A DNA stretch of 61,740 nucleotides, filler included, from Collodictyon triciliatum (Eukaryota): NCBI GenBank assembly GCA_043381765.1. It is 4 parts of 4 records of this genome, joined end to end, with 100 filler letters (N's around TTAATTAATTAA, not from the genome) between each part and the next. Parts side by side here need not be neighbours in the genome. Positions count along the whole stretch, not along the records: positions 17,290 to 34,476 come from JBHJMP010001476.1; positions 34,577 to 51,755 come from JBHJMP010001479.1; 2 more parts are not named here. One strand, given 5' to 3'. Shown one piece after another: positions 29,733 through 43,900 of the stretch (the first letter of the stretch is position 1; each line of letters opens with the position of its first letter). The position numbers were made by a program, and so were the translations under genes. Below the pieces are notes generated by a model. The model was not told the DNA's origin and did no database searches. It worked only from the letters and a program-made list of their open reading frames with translations.

Positions 29733-32700
29733 TTAAAAAAAATAATTATAAAGTAAAATACAAGAAAAATATCGTGATTTATGCGTGTAGATATAAATAT
29801 AGACCGAATTATCCTCATTCGTGTCTCCCTGCTCGTTGGCGCCCAGATCACCTTTTATCTGTATCAGCATGATTGACAGGATAAATAATGATGAAGGAAT
29901 ATCGCAACGAACCAAAACTGATAGATATATCTCATACCAGGAAAAACCAACCGGAATACTCAACCAATGACTGCAAATAATACAGAAGAGGAGAAAGAGG
30001 CTCGATACAAAAGTTTAATTCATACGTATTTCGCAGCCAGCTCTAAATCTCTTTTTAGTGTTCCTCCAAAGTTCGGAACGACATCGTACTGCTGGCGAAC
30101 TAGAATCCGCATCGCCTTCCATCGGTATGTCTGAAATTTTTCAAAGTATTTTTTTTAATCTTTAAATGTAAAATAGGTTGGGGTACTTGACTTGTAGATA
30201 CTAATGTTGATAAAGACCAGCTATCAGATATATAAGTCACGGTAAACTGTATTGCCCAGGTTCGGAAAGTAGCTTAAGAAAATGACCGAAAATAGATAAA
30301 TTTGCTGGTACTTGATTTTTTTCTATAGTGCTAGTTTTTTTCCCCTTCATCTCTATTTAACCCGCTTTATCTTTCTTTTGCTTTTCTTGTTTTTTTTTCT
30401 TTCGCATTTGTGAAGATTAACCTCGTCATTTTTGAGTCGGTCAGAATCATCCAATTCCTTGTCCTGGGATTGCTCGTAAAGTGTGTCTACAACATCTGCC
30501 ATGGAAAGGGGCGCGGTAGCACACTCAGCAAATATCGATGAGCAATTCGGTGGGTCCCTGGTATTTGATATTGTGGCAGCAGTTTAACGTGACTAATAGC
30601 TTTTTCATTTTTGTTTGTTGTTTATATCCAAATGCAACCGCAAGCAGGAATGTAATAGCTCTATAAGTAATCTGTGTGCTCTATTGGTTATCATAAAATG
30701 AAATCGGTGTGCATAAACAATAAATAATAAACCCAGTCAAAGTATATGCATACCATAGCATTCTTGATGGTTCCTGTTGTCTTCCCCTCTTCGAACCAGG
30801 TTCTTCCTAAAAAAAAAAAACATAGAAATCGGGGCAGGTTGTAATGTTAGTCAGATAGAGCTGGTAGAAGAAAAATAAGAAAAAGACGTGAAAGCTATAC
30901 ACATATATACAGACTTGTATGCTACCTTGCTCATGGGAGTGTCAAAATATGTTGGAGGTAATTCATACGACTTTGCATGAATGCAAGAGAGGAAAATATT
31001 AACGATTTCGTCCTTAAATATTAATTTCACATTGTACTAAGTATTTTATGCGCTAGTTACGACCCACCATGCATTTCATGTCTTTCCATTCAACCTATTT
31101 TTGAAAATCCAGACTATTTAGATTCCAATTCCTTTAGATATATGTAACGAAAATTTTCCTTCATTAAAACCAAAGTAAATAAGCCAAAGTGGATCAAAAC
31201 AAACCCAAAATTTTTCTCGTTTCATAATCTTTTCAACAGCCTGCGTAAATTGCATATTTATGTAACTATCATAAAAAGCGAGGTAAAATTTACCGGTGAT
31301 TGATTCTATTTCATTGTATGCAAATATTAATTTAACCTCCTGGAATTTTTTCCCCTGGGGTGGTATTTTTGAGATGGAGTCCATAATTCTCTCCCTCAGT
31401 TTAGACAATTTAGATTTCTAAGAGAGAACAAAAGAAAAAGTTAATTTCAGTATCACTTCTACAGCACCCTTCAGTTTTATTCTGGAAATATATTTGTGTA
31501 AGGATTTGATGTTAACCTGGGCTTCGCTGACTGTGTGAGGTGCATTTGGCCTTCCCACCATTTCGTTTATGCAGTTGAGAAATATAACAGCCTGAAGGAG
31601 GACATGTCTTCGAAGATAATTGTCTTTCAACTGTAGTGAACCATAGTTTATGCATGTGTCTTTCAAAAAGGTAACAAATCATAAACATGTGTGGGGAAGC
31701 CCGTTTTGTATCAATATTGAAGATATAAAATATGGATTATCGAACTTGCAAATGGAAAATTCTCTTGTTGGTGAGATATTTAACAAATGATTTCGAAATC
31801 AATTGCTGACTTCCCTATAATTGATGTTAGTTTGCTGTGCATTTTAGGTAATTTTAATAACAAGAAAGGATTTTTTCCCTTTAATTTCTTTGAAGTTAGG
31901 CGTGTGATTCGCAAATATAAAAGAATTATTAATCTTACACTTGAAAAATCATCCTCCTTCAACAGATGACTTTTGTAAGTTTATAGGTGAATTTAATTTT
32001 GAAATTAGCTATATCAAAGTCGCATAGAGATGAGGCAAATGCGATAACTGATATGGTTAGTATATCGTGATTTGATTACCCTGAAAAATAATCCAATATT
32101 ACATCCATGTCACGATTGAACAGATCCAGTTTCTGAAAAATTATTGCATGTTAAATGGCAGAATATTAGATAGATGAGAGTCGAAAGGATATAAATAACA
32201 ACTATTCAAAAATTTTACTTTCTTTCCATGTACAGGAGTGCAATAAAAAATAAAAAAGCTTGTGAATGATTGTATTCATAATTTAGTCTCACAATAACAG
32301 CTTGTGCCGGGTTAGAAAAATAATTTTGCACACCCCAAAAAGCTTGATAGAAATTTTCATTTTCTGTGCCTAAAGAGTGTTAGTATTTAAAGTTCGTCCT
32401 ATTTGACGATAACCCTGAAATAAAAAAAATAATCTATTTATCAGGTTTTCACCTTTTGTGAAAAGAAATATTGAATATTATGTTTTTATGACATCAAGAG
32501 TCCTTTAATATGAGAGGAGCATACTTTCATCAGACAAGTCTATTTTTGTGGTGTTGGATGTATTGTATGTAGCACTTAAATTAACACCTATTTGTTCAAA
32601 ATTATGCACATGTACATGAGAGCATATCGAAAGAAATTGAAAAAATCGATAAAACAGCTGTTGTGGATAATCACACTATTCAATATCTTGAGAAAATAAT

Positions 32701-34068
32701 CATCTCTTCAATAAAACCTTTTACCACATACCCGATCTTTCTGACAGTGGGAGGAGTTTCGCCATTAAAAGAAGAATTTTTCCACAGAACAGTGTCTCAT
32801 TCGTTCGAGAGAGTCTAACAAGAAGTCCATTCCAAGTTCTTAGAAACGCAAGACGAGCTTTCGCTTTCTTGTTCTTTGTTTGTTCATCCTGGGAAATATA
32901 AGATAGAGGAATAGGACAAGGAGGGTAAGATATTTCAGAAACAAGATAAATGGAAGATGAAAAAGAAAAGAGGAAAAGGAAAAAGGAAAAGGAAAAATCG
33001 AACCATCGCCACTCCAGGTTTCTCACTCAACCATTCAAAAAATATTGCCTCAAAATCTTTGATGAATTCGAAAACTACTGCACAAAATTCCACTGTTTGA
33101 CTCTCAAATGTATCCTCCTAATTGAAAGTAAATATGAATTCAAGAAATTATAAATGTGCATACCAACAAAATTCATCACATCGCATATGAAAACATCGAA
33201 GCGCCGCTTCAACAGGAATGAGTAATTCATTCTTGTTTACCAAAAGAGATAGCGGGAGCGTTGATTCAGATAAATCCTTCTTGACTAACTCGATCGAGAG
33301 CTCAATCAGCCGAAAGATGCTGTGGCTGCGGTCTGTTGTCGCTGAGAGAGGATGGGAAATCTACATTCATTAATATTAAATGCATTGGGCAACATTCGTA
33401 CTCATCTCTTCGTCACCATAGAAAAGATGATGCTTAATTTATTTTTAGCCGAGACAGTGAAAGCAGTATTCTTTCTAATCTTTTCTGGATGCCTTACCGA
33501 TTCCTTCCTCAAAACTTCACGAAACACATGCTCCAGGATGGGTTTGTGCTCCGCAAGTATCACTTAACGTCGCATAGGGTTAAAAAAAAATTGCGAGTTT
33601 GCGAACGGCGGTTAGTTATCTTTTACAAAAGACTGTTTGAGAAAAATGGCATTGACAAGAGCGTGAGTTTTATATGAAGGTGCTGTAATATCTTGATATC
33701 TGGAGAAATCAACCATGAGGGCGAAGGCTTTCTGTAGTTCCGTCGATTGCATCTCCCACAGACGATGCGCTGGTCTCAAGAAAATGAACCAGAACAGACT
33801 GCAGGGGGATTAATGGGGGGTATGCGGTATAACCATATAGAAAAGAAAATGAGAAAGAAAAGGAGAAAGAAAAGGAGAAAGAAAAGGAGAAAGAAAAGGA
33901 GAAAGAAAAGGAGAAAGAAAAGGAGAAAGAAAAGGAGAAAGAAAAGGAAGAAAAGGGAGAAAGGAGGAAGAAAACACACAACTGGACCACTGTGTTTTGA
34001 TCAACCTGAAAGTTTGTCTGGAGGGTGCTGTGTTGGCTGGAATGTGGCTCTGCTCTACTGTCTTCCAT
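29733..34068 (-). CDS. THOC1: THO complex subunit 1 (THOC1/Hpr1), multi-exon; exact 3' end uncertain
   Basis: Motifs LPLSLLEDTFESQT, FLRTWNGLLVRLSRTNETLFCGKILLLMAKLLPLSERSG|VNL, FYQAFWGVQNYFSNP, KYLTNKRIFHLQ|LKDNYLRRHVLLQAVIFL, PPQGKKF..VEKIMKREKFW|VEWK..KC, YRWKAMRIL. Confidence 0.92.
33850..33960. repeat. Intronic 12-mer repeat (GAAAGAAAAGGA)n
   Basis: Directly visible in THOC1 intron 1. Confidence 0.9.
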
Positions 34069-34258
34069 TCTACGCAAACTGAAACAAAAGCAACATGACT
34101 TCACATACATAAATATATATATATGGGTTGTTTGCCTCCCACTATCACCGCGTTTTGGGGCTCGCATGTACTAAAGGAAAAAGCAAAGGGTGCCCCAGAA
34201 GAATAGATGACTTTTTGCTGTGCATGAAACGCTTCCGCTCCAAGACGAACCATATGCA

Positions 34259-34476
34259 TTTTTGTTTTGTTTTGTTTTGTTCTGTTTTGTTTTGTTTTGT
34301 TTTGTTTTGGTTTGGTTTGGTTTGGTTTGGTTTGTTTTGTTTTGTTTTGTTTTGTTTTGTTTTGGTTTGTTTTGGTTTGTTTTGGTTTGTTTTGGTTTGG
34401 TTTGGTTTGGTTTGGTTTGGTTTGGTTTGGTTTGGTTTGGTTTGGTTTGGTTTGGTTTGGTTTGGTTTGGTTTGGT
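34259..34476. repeat. (TTTTG/TTTGG)n pentamer repeat at the end of the second piece
   Basis: Directly visible; grades from TTTTG into TTTGG. Confidence 0.95.
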
Positions 34477-34576
34477 NNNNNNNNNNNNNNNNNNNNNNNN
34501 NNNNNNNNNNNNNNNNNNNNTTAATTAATTAANNNNNNNNNNNNNNNNNNNNNNNNNNNNNNNNNNNNNNNNNNNN
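34477..34576. other. Artificial contig linker (44N-TTAATTAATTAA-44N)
   Basis: Same 100-nt structure as 17190-17289. Confidence 0.97.
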
Positions 34577-34737
34577 TTTTCTTTTTCTTTTTCTTTTTCT
34601 TTTTCTTTTTCTTTTTCTTTTTCTTTTTCTTTTTCTTTTTCTTTTTCTTTTCTTTTTCTTTTCTTTTTCTTTTTCTTTATCTTTCTACTCATATCAAATT
34701 ATTTTACCATTCATGAATCCAAATATACAACACATAG

Positions 34738-37608
34738 GGGCGAATGGTTGATGCAAAAGACAAAGTAGCTTTGCTGCAAGATATTCCCTTTTATCTTTTA
34801 CCTGACCTTTTCGAACTTGTTCGAATCAAGTACAGAATTACGAATCACGATTGGTTTTTCTCGTTGTTTTTTTTTTTGAATATTTTTTCTTTCCTTTCCT
34901 CTAATCTATTTATTGTAGATGCCCCATCCTTCAGATATTTTTCTTTTGGTTTATTAATTGTATCAAAAGTGTGTCCGTTACTTATTTACATGACCAGTGT
35001 GCGTTCTGATAAAAAAAAAAAAAACTGATTGCATCCACTCGATTGTTCATAGTTTATCTTTAGATTTGGAAACCCTTGCAACATTTTCAAAGGTCATGAT
35101 AATCGATGAATTAACTTTGTATGAGCCTTTCATCCCCGATGAGCTTATCCCTGCCTTGGTTGATATGAGATCTCTCCAGCTTCTTCACATAGCACACGGT
35201 GAATATATCTACGACAAACATTTGAGGTCGCTCGACCACCTGGAATCGTTGAAAGCGCTCCGAATTTACGGATGCACAGATATATCTGCCTCTGGACTCT
35301 TACTTCTACCAACGTCATTGGAGCAACTTTGTGTAGTTTGGCAGAGTGTGAAGCTCTCTAATCCAATCACTACAGACGAATTAATCATGGTTCGTTCAAT
35401 GTGATAAAAAAAGCCAAGTGTGATTATATTATACTATATTATATTATATTATATTATATTATATTATATTATATTATATTATATTATATTATATTATATT
35501 ATATTATATTATATTATATTATATTATATTATATTATATTATATTAGCATAACTTTTTGTCCTTTTAAAAACCTCAACAGGTCAGAAATAGATTCTCTAG
35601 TATCAAGGAGCTTGAAATTCGCGGCAGCCATAGAGTTGGAATCGATTTTTTCAGCAAACTGGGGGCCAATGTGACATGTATGCTGGAAAGCTTGAGAGTT
35701 CCTGTCTTAGTCTCCAGCATTATCACCCACTCTCCTTTATTCGATGCTTGGGCCAGGTTATCAAATATTGACACTTTAGATTTATCACAAAGCCAGATAA
35801 AGAATGAAGATATTGTTCTTTTCTTCAAGCTTAAAAAACTGCGATTACTTAATATAAGCCAGACAAAAATAACTGAGGCGGGGTTGATTCAAGGAGCCGA
35901 ATTGCATTGTCTTGAAACAAAGGTCTTAGACCATGCAGAAGCCTTTGAATCTTGTCTTGAGATGGTTCTTTGCTTCGGCACAAGGATTAATGATAGAACA
36001 GACGTACCAAACTTTGGGTTCCCTCTCAGTGTGCTGATAGTACACGATACCAGCCCACCTCGTACGATTGAAAAGAGTGTGAAAATAGTTGCCTTGTATT
36101 TTCCTATATACACAATTCCTCTGACCTCGGCAATTATGCACGCCTTTGACCAGACTCCAGATAATCTAATTGCAGATTTATTTGACGGTCTATCGCGTCT
36201 TATAATTGATAAACCTTCTTCTCTTCACGTTCTTGTTATGACAAACACTTTATGGGGGTTTTTGTATCCGGACCAAGCTCAAGGAATGGAAGAAGATGAG
36301 GATATTCACGAAAATGACGACGCATTACAATCTGTTAGCCACCGCCTGGAGGGAATGAATGATGCTTTACATGATGCCCACTCAAGCAACATGCCAAGTA
36401 CGTCCATGGAACAAGGTTGGATGCAAACGCACATGTCTGCCACCGAAGCCCCGCACAGTGTAGATACTGAAGAGGGTGAAGATAGTGATGATGATACGGA
36501 ACAAGTGCTAGATACGTTTCGGCCACCCCTTCAGGAAAGGATACGACTAATACCTCAAGAATCTTGGCTATGTTTGGCTAATTTCAGCTTCCCTCGGCGG
36601 CAAATGCAAGGAACAGCAAGCACCCCAACAAACCATGGTCAGGTGATGATGGAAGAAGCCGTAGGGTTGCTGACGAATCTGTGTTGGGGAGGTTTTCAAA
36701 CAGAAAGCCTCTTGTGGAGGGAAAAGTGCGCCTCGTCGGTGGTGTGCGAAAGTGTGCTGAGAATTCTGGAGGAATCTGCGCAACAAGGAGCGCTGAACAG
36801 CCGACCGGCCTCGTATGTTACTGGTCTCCTTATTCAATCGTCATGTTCTCCTTCTGCGTCCAAATCTATTCTCTCACCAGAAGCACTCGTTCCACATCGG
36901 CTTTTGAAGATATTGTGCGAATCAGTCAGCACAGAGCGACTTCCACCAAATCCATCAAACCAGACGACAAACAATACTGTTCTTCGATTAAGTGTTTTAC
37001 TGTTTAATTTATCCACATTTCCCGCTTTTGATTCTTGCGTCGATTCTGACTGGTGGCGTATGTTGTCCTCGGACTTTGGTTCTCGGATTGACACCCCACA
37101 AGTTCATGGGTTTTTGGCTGGTATTTATCTCAATCAACTCTATCGGTTTGCTCTGAATCGAGCGTCGCCATGCTCTGTGATACAGTCCTTCAACATAGCA
37201 ACAAACCTCGGTGTTTTCCTAGAGTCAGCCTTATCCTGCTTGGCGAGCCCGTTGCCGACATTGCCCGCTCATAAGAGGTTTCCAGCCATATCGATTGCGT
37301 ATGCTCTCGCTTTAGTCTCTGCACTACTCGACTTGCAAGCTTCCGACTTGCGTTCGCTCTGGAAGCCCTCGATGACCAAAAGTCTGAGGAATATAGTGGA
37401 AACCCTTTTTCGGTGTCGTGGCAACCCCATGTTTGCCTCTATTCCCGTCATCCAAACGCTTGCCAGAAGATGTCATGACTGGTTGGTCTCTTTCCACGCA
37501 GACGCAGCAGAACGCAGCTTGGCACACTCTCTCGCTCGTTCTTCTACTCATCGCCCTCTCCTGAACTCGATTCCTTACACTTTCTCTCGCATCAAGCTCT
37601 TTGATTAG
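34738..37608 (+). CDS. Leucine-rich-repeat protein with an acidic linker and a C-terminal helical (ARM/HEAT-like) region; probably 5' partial
   Basis: Three exons in frame (34738-34829, 35052-35389, 35581-37608). LRR motifs LESLKALRIYGCTDISASGL, LSNIDTLDLSQSQIKNEDI, LKKLRLLNISQTKITEAGL. C-terminal motifs such as EEAVGLLTNL and LSVLLFNLS. Confidence 0.75.
35444..35545. repeat. Intronic (TATTA)n microsatellite
   Basis: Directly visible. Confidence 0.95.
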
Positions 37609-37970
37609 ATATGTGGCGAATTGGCTGCGCGATGACAAAGTTCCTGTTGCACAGAATAAAAGTATCCGTGCTACGTCTCCCAACTCTCCCTCAACTTTTG
37701 GTCCACATAGTCTAAAAATAATGCAAAAAGACTACTTATCGGAGAGATAAATAAAAGACTGGGAAAATTAAACCCTTTGGATGAGGCGCTGTTGGGATTT
37801 CGACAGATGTTGGGCTCTGAAAGTCTCTTATGCTATTTTAATAGCACACGTGCTGGCAAATGCTATGAATGCTTCACGAAGTCACGTTATTTATAGGAGA
37901 GATAAGAGAAGAAAGAAAAAAATATGAACTAGGGTAGAGTAGAAAGTGTATTCCATTAGAAGCCGAAATA

Positions 37971-40900
37971 TTATTCGGCGTTGTCATCATTTTCACAGCT
38001 TTGTATCAAGAAGCGTTCAATCTCCTTTGTGTTCGCCACAACCTCATCAGGCATCATTAGGAGCATCGATTTTGTTTGCCTGCGTAAGAATTAATAGAAT
38101 TAGATGAATGAACAACAATGATTTCCGAATGTAATTACCACATTATACTTCTCTTCAATAAAAAAAATTAAGCAAAAAAAAAAACATTCAATAAAAAAAA
38201 AAGAAAATAATGGCATAGAATTGGTATGCTCACCGGTTCTCTTCTTGCAGAGAAACAAACATCGGCCGAAATACTAAGAACATTGACATCAGAATGAACC
38301 CAATGGTGAGCCCGAGAATGAGACCCTGTCCGAACTGATATATGTGCAAATATATGCAGATTAAAAACTTCATACCCTGATAAATATATTTTTGATATCT
38401 TGAAGTTAATCAGAAACTCACCACCAAGCTTTTTGTATTTGAATCAAAGTAGTTTTCATGAATGTATGAGGACATCAATAGCCCTAACAACCAAAGAAAG
38501 AAAAATCGCACTTGAGTAAATGACTTTCAACGAACTTTATCAATTATCATAAAATACATTAACGAGTAAAGGAAAAATGGAAAAGGATGTTTGAGAGGAA
38601 AGACATCAATAGAAAAAAGAGCTGAAATTTCCCATCTCTAAGAGAAAGGAATATTGACTAAAGAAGAAAAAAATGCGTTTATCAGTCATCCAAACCTTTG
38701 CGTAAGAGGATGGCCTCTCCTCGATAAATGGTGTGAAAATCAGGAGAGTCGAAGTTGTCGGAGTGAGCTGTCAAATCTTGTAGTAGTGAATTTGCTGAAC
38801 GCGCGATTTCGTTCGCGATATTGACTAGGCCAGAGGTGCTTAACTAAACGAATATTTATATTTCCAATACAGTTTAGACTTTTGAAAGCATCAGATTGTT
38901 TCAGTTGTCTGAATTGTCGAATGAATTTCGGTTTTACTAATCTTTGTAGAAGGAAAATAATAAACCTCATGTAATGAATCTTGCTCTGCCGGGCATTCAA
39001 CTTGATTCCGCAAGTAACATCTGATAATATTGAGCAGCTATCGGCGTTAATATTTAAAAATATCATAGAAATAAAACAAGAAAAATACTAATATTAATTA
39101 GGGTTTATATATGCGTTGAGATTGAGCCAACATTTTGATGGGCACGAATAACCTTTGCGTGTAGTACAAATTCGAGAGGTCTTCTTCGACATCTGCTCTA
39201 TACAACCCCAGAGACGGGCACCCGTACACAACGCAGTTCAGCAAACCAATAAAACTGTGCACGGATGATTCAAGCCTTTCCTTCTCCTCCAGTGTGGCGT
39301 TACCTGCGGTGTACTTTGAGAGGAAATATCACCAGAATTCATCAGTTGATTAAACATTACAAATCAAAGGAGTGTGGCTTCTGCATAATAATCATGAAAT
39401 CGAAAAACAATGATTAATTTTATTGCGATTATTATAAAGATAAAATAAAATAAAATAAAAACAGCGACCACACAAAACATATTATTTTACGAGAATATAG
39501 AAGCAATACAGAATTTAATTTCAAGAGAATGGGTTGCTGCTTACGATGAGAGACGAGTACGAGATATCCTGGCCAGCAGCAACGAGTTTCCCAGAGTAAT
39601 ATATGTGCTCATTGGCAACAATGCTTCGATTACTTGTGAGGATGCCATATGCTGTGGCGCATGTGAACCAGAGAAACAAAACAAGGAGAAGAGCGACCCA
39701 TCGCTTCGTGACAGGATGCAAATCCACGGTCACTCCGCGAATGAATATCTTTGCTCGCTCATAAATCTCGGACAAATATCCAGCTCTATATTTGTACATA
39801 TTATGATGTTTTACTGGAAATTTATTTCATGTTCGCCTTTAGGGAGGCCATTTGGAAATATGTGGGCATAAATAAACAATAATTACAAGTGGAAGCATAA
39901 GCATATATTATATTAGTAGAGCCCAAAACATGAAAAGGCTCAGGGAAAATAATGCGGTAGAGTTTACCTTTCATCCTCGATAACCGGACCGTCTTCCAGT
40001 AGTTCATCCAGCTTTTTCTTGTCAGTTGGGGAGCGACTAGACCCGCTTGCATCAGAATTCATCCGCCCGTTGTCTGACGACGACTGGATGAGAGAAAAAA
40101 AAATCAATCATCAATATAAAAGAAAAAAAAGCCCAAAGTAAATGATATTACTCGTGAGATTTCAGAATTGGTACGATAATACAGATAAACAGATATTGTG
40201 ACTTCTAAGCTAATGCAGAAAATTGTACTTGATAAAATTAAAAATAAGAAAAGAAGAGAAGAAATGCCTGGCCTTCTCCATTGTTGTATTTCCTCATTCT
40301 GTTTTTGATGGTGACGTGCAAATTTTTTAAGATGCTTGATTTGACTTGGTTTCTTTCAGCCTTGTTGCTTGGTTTCGCAGGCATGTTTTTGTTTTCTTGC
40401 TCTTTGTACTTCATGTTAGACTGCCTGCGAATGGTGAGGTTTTTTTGGGGCAGCCCGTTCTCCATCGTCCTAATAACCGTCCGTGTCGCAAGTCATTAAT
40501 GCATATGAATAATGGACAAACGAATTATGTATTTTTGTGGCAGACTTGTCCCTGTCGATTTGTTTCTCTTGGGGTTCGTCATTGTCAGAATCGCCGCTGT
40601 CCGAGTCACTGGAATCTAGGGAAATTCGCGTTCTGCAGCACAGAGACATTGATTTACTCATACATGGGAACATATGAAATGGTCGGAAAATAGGTATGTA
40701 AAAAAATTAAAAGGTGAAAATGTTTAGACAATTACAATAATTATATTGGTCATCACGCGCATCAGTAAAGGCTATACCTTGCGAGGATGCGCACAACAGA
40801 CTTTGGAACGAGAAGAAACAAGGACAGTGCCCGTCTTCTTTCCTCATGTACACTATCGAAACTCGGACGCAGGATTGCAACAGCAAGAACGATTATGATA

Positions 40901-43900
40901 AGAACTATTTCATTTTTAAGAGAGAAAAACAATCTCACTAAAAGTTAACGGAAATTATCCACTTCTCCACAGACTTGCGAACCAACAAAGTAGTCATATG
41001 ATTATTTTGTACATTGGATAATACTAATATTATAAAAATATAAATATACATAAATAAAAAAATAAAAATAAAAAAGGGGGGACACGCTATTGAAAGCCAA
41101 ACTCATATTGAAAAGTAACAAACCAGCCAACACCATGATGAATCCTTGAAGATAGGATATCACCTGCTGATTCCATTTAGACGACAGAAAGAATGATTTG
41201 CAGATATCCTGCAAGTGTATCAGGAGCACATTTGGTCCGTTTTCAACGATATAATATGCGGTTCTAAACATAGGAAAATTATCAATATTAGTTTATTGCG
41301 CCACACAAGTTGGATTTATTTCTTATCTCTCTTGTTCACTTATTTGTTTTAAGCCAAAACAGGTTCCTCTCGAAGATAGAGATAACCTGTCACTCGTAGT
41401 AAGCGGCCATGATTCGTTATTTGCCACTTTTCTGGCATAGAAAATGTATGTTTTCATTGCCTCAAGAAATGTTCTTCTGGACTTCTGTTGATTTAATAAA
41501 TTATTGACAATATCTGGACATTTGATAAATAGACATTGAGCTGGAAAAAAGAAAAAAGTATGAGAGTGCCATGAGTCCCTGGCAAGGAAAGAGCGCATAT
41601 ACGATGAGAATTGCAGACCGTGATGCTTTTTTGAAATCTGTCAGAGACGTAGACCAAAGTCGAGTGCATGTTCTATGAAAGTTTGAAAAAAATTAAAACA
41701 CGAAATGCCGACATGAATCAAAAGAAAATTATCATTTGTTATTGTGATTGAAGAATAGTGTCTTAAAATTACATTATCTTGGATATCCGCCAAACCAGCT
41801 TTTTGAATGGGATTTGATGTAAATGCTGGTAAGGAGACTGAGTAGTATGTGTATTCTTTCACATGCGCGTACTAATGCCATATTCAAATTGAATCATGAA
41901 ATATGTATATGTGCATCGAGCCAACTATTCCGTGGATAGAAATGCGAACCGTCAAGTGAGATAAATATAATCAATTTCCATGTTACCAATTTATTTATCC
42001 TATCGAGAAGATAAAGAGACATCAATGATTGCTCAAGCATATTGGCATCATCGTGTATCTGCTCAAGGGTATTCAAATCCTTCCATGGACATCTGTGACC
42101 ATTCGTGATGTATTGATTTATCAACAAAGGGATTATGTTTTGATATACAAATTGCACCAAGAGTAATAAATAATTTTCTAGGCAAAAAAAAAAAATGACA
42201 TGGAATAGAAAAAATGGGAATATCAGATGAGCTTTCTTACTCAACATTAGGTGGGCAGTTTGCCAGAATGGAGTGAACATTTATGTAAATAGAGTTGTGA
42301 TATGAAATGGATGCGCCACAGAGCCCGTTTGCAAGGGTTGACACTTTGTTTCTCTCGGAAAGCTAATTATAAAACGATGTGTTAGCTTCGTTCCCGATGA
42401 AACCCATGAGTTGGGATTCTTATGTCGACTATAAGATTTATTTTTAATCGAAAAACAGAACAAAAATAAGACGAAGACGGAAAAGGAAAAGGAAAAGGAA
42501 AAGGAAAAGGAAAAGGAAAAGGAAAAGGAAAAGGAAAAGGAAAAGGAAAAGGAAAAGGAAAAGGAAAAGGAAAAGGAAATACGTAAACGAATAAAAGGAT
42601 GTGGAAGAAAAAACGAAAACTAAAAGGAAATAGTAAAAAAAGAAATCTAAAAATAACTGTTTATCTACGTACAATAATGATTGAAATCAGCAAAGAAAGA
42701 GACATCAACGAAAGTGCTCCCATGACTACGCTGACCCGCTTTTGAAGTAGATTTAGAATCGGACTTTCCCCGGAATTTAGCTGATATTTTTGCCGAATGC
42801 GCTGTATTCTTCGGATGGTTTGGTGGGCGTCTGAGGCAACTGACTCTGAACTATGTTTTTATTAATAGAAACAGAGCTTAATTATAATGTAAATGAACAA
42901 ATATCCAATCATTTGAAAAAATGGAAACTATTATTAACGTAGTGGAATCAAGGTTCATCGTTTTTTGTTTTTGTTTTTTCATTCTTCGACAGAAAAGTAC
43001 TCGAAATAAAAAATAAGAAAATGGATGTGAAAAGATAATAGCTGTGGACGACGACTAGGTAATAAATAACGAGATTCATACACATCATCAGAAACGCGGC
43101 TTTCTGAAGGAGCAGCTTCTCCCTCCTCTGCATTCGGCTCTGAAAATCCAATTTGAACACGTTTCTTGGGTTTTGCTATAATTTTTCAAGCTTAGAAAAA
43201 TGTTCGATGTAAAACTCAAGTAATTTTCTGCTAATTTTCTTAACTAACAGGTAATATGATGCGAGAAAAAAATCTAATATTGAAGCTGCTCATGCTTTGT
43301 CGTTCCATAATTGAAATTCATACAAGGCTAACCACACGGTGTAATCTTTGATTGCGGTATTATCACATATGATATCTACGTACGTGGGAGTGTGATTGGT
43401 GCTGGGACTAGAAGTTCGACATCTTGATCACCAAAAACATCTCTGGGTGAGCCGAATCTACTGGAACTACCAATGGAGTTTTCAGCTGAATCAATCATAA
43501 TACCTAATGTAAAAAAAATTATTAAATTCATCTTATCCTCAAACTTTGCTCACCTTTGACACATCAAAGTGACTCACATTATCGGTTGTCTAGTAGATTT
43601 TTAAAAGATTTATCGTATGAAATATTGCATCTGTATTGATATATAACATACCGATATTTGGTTTTGTAGGATTCAGTTTACTGGGTGTGGGCATCACCTT
43701 ACGGACGATTCTATATCCAAAAGATATTAAAGGATTCTTCATTATGCTATATAGATGAGAACAGTACACAATAATATCGTTTCATCAATATACAATTATT
43801 TTTATATGGAGATTATAGCGTGCACAAAAATCTCGTATTATGATTCTATTCATAGAGATGGGATTGAGAGTTCTCACCTGCACGCAAATCCGAGTGGGAA

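Noticed and set aside
34259-34476. (TTTGG)n, and (AAAAAAC)n at 1-125, as telomeric repeats
   Set aside because: Units are heterogeneous and differ at every piece end, and similar repeats occur in introns; they are ordinary microsatellites.
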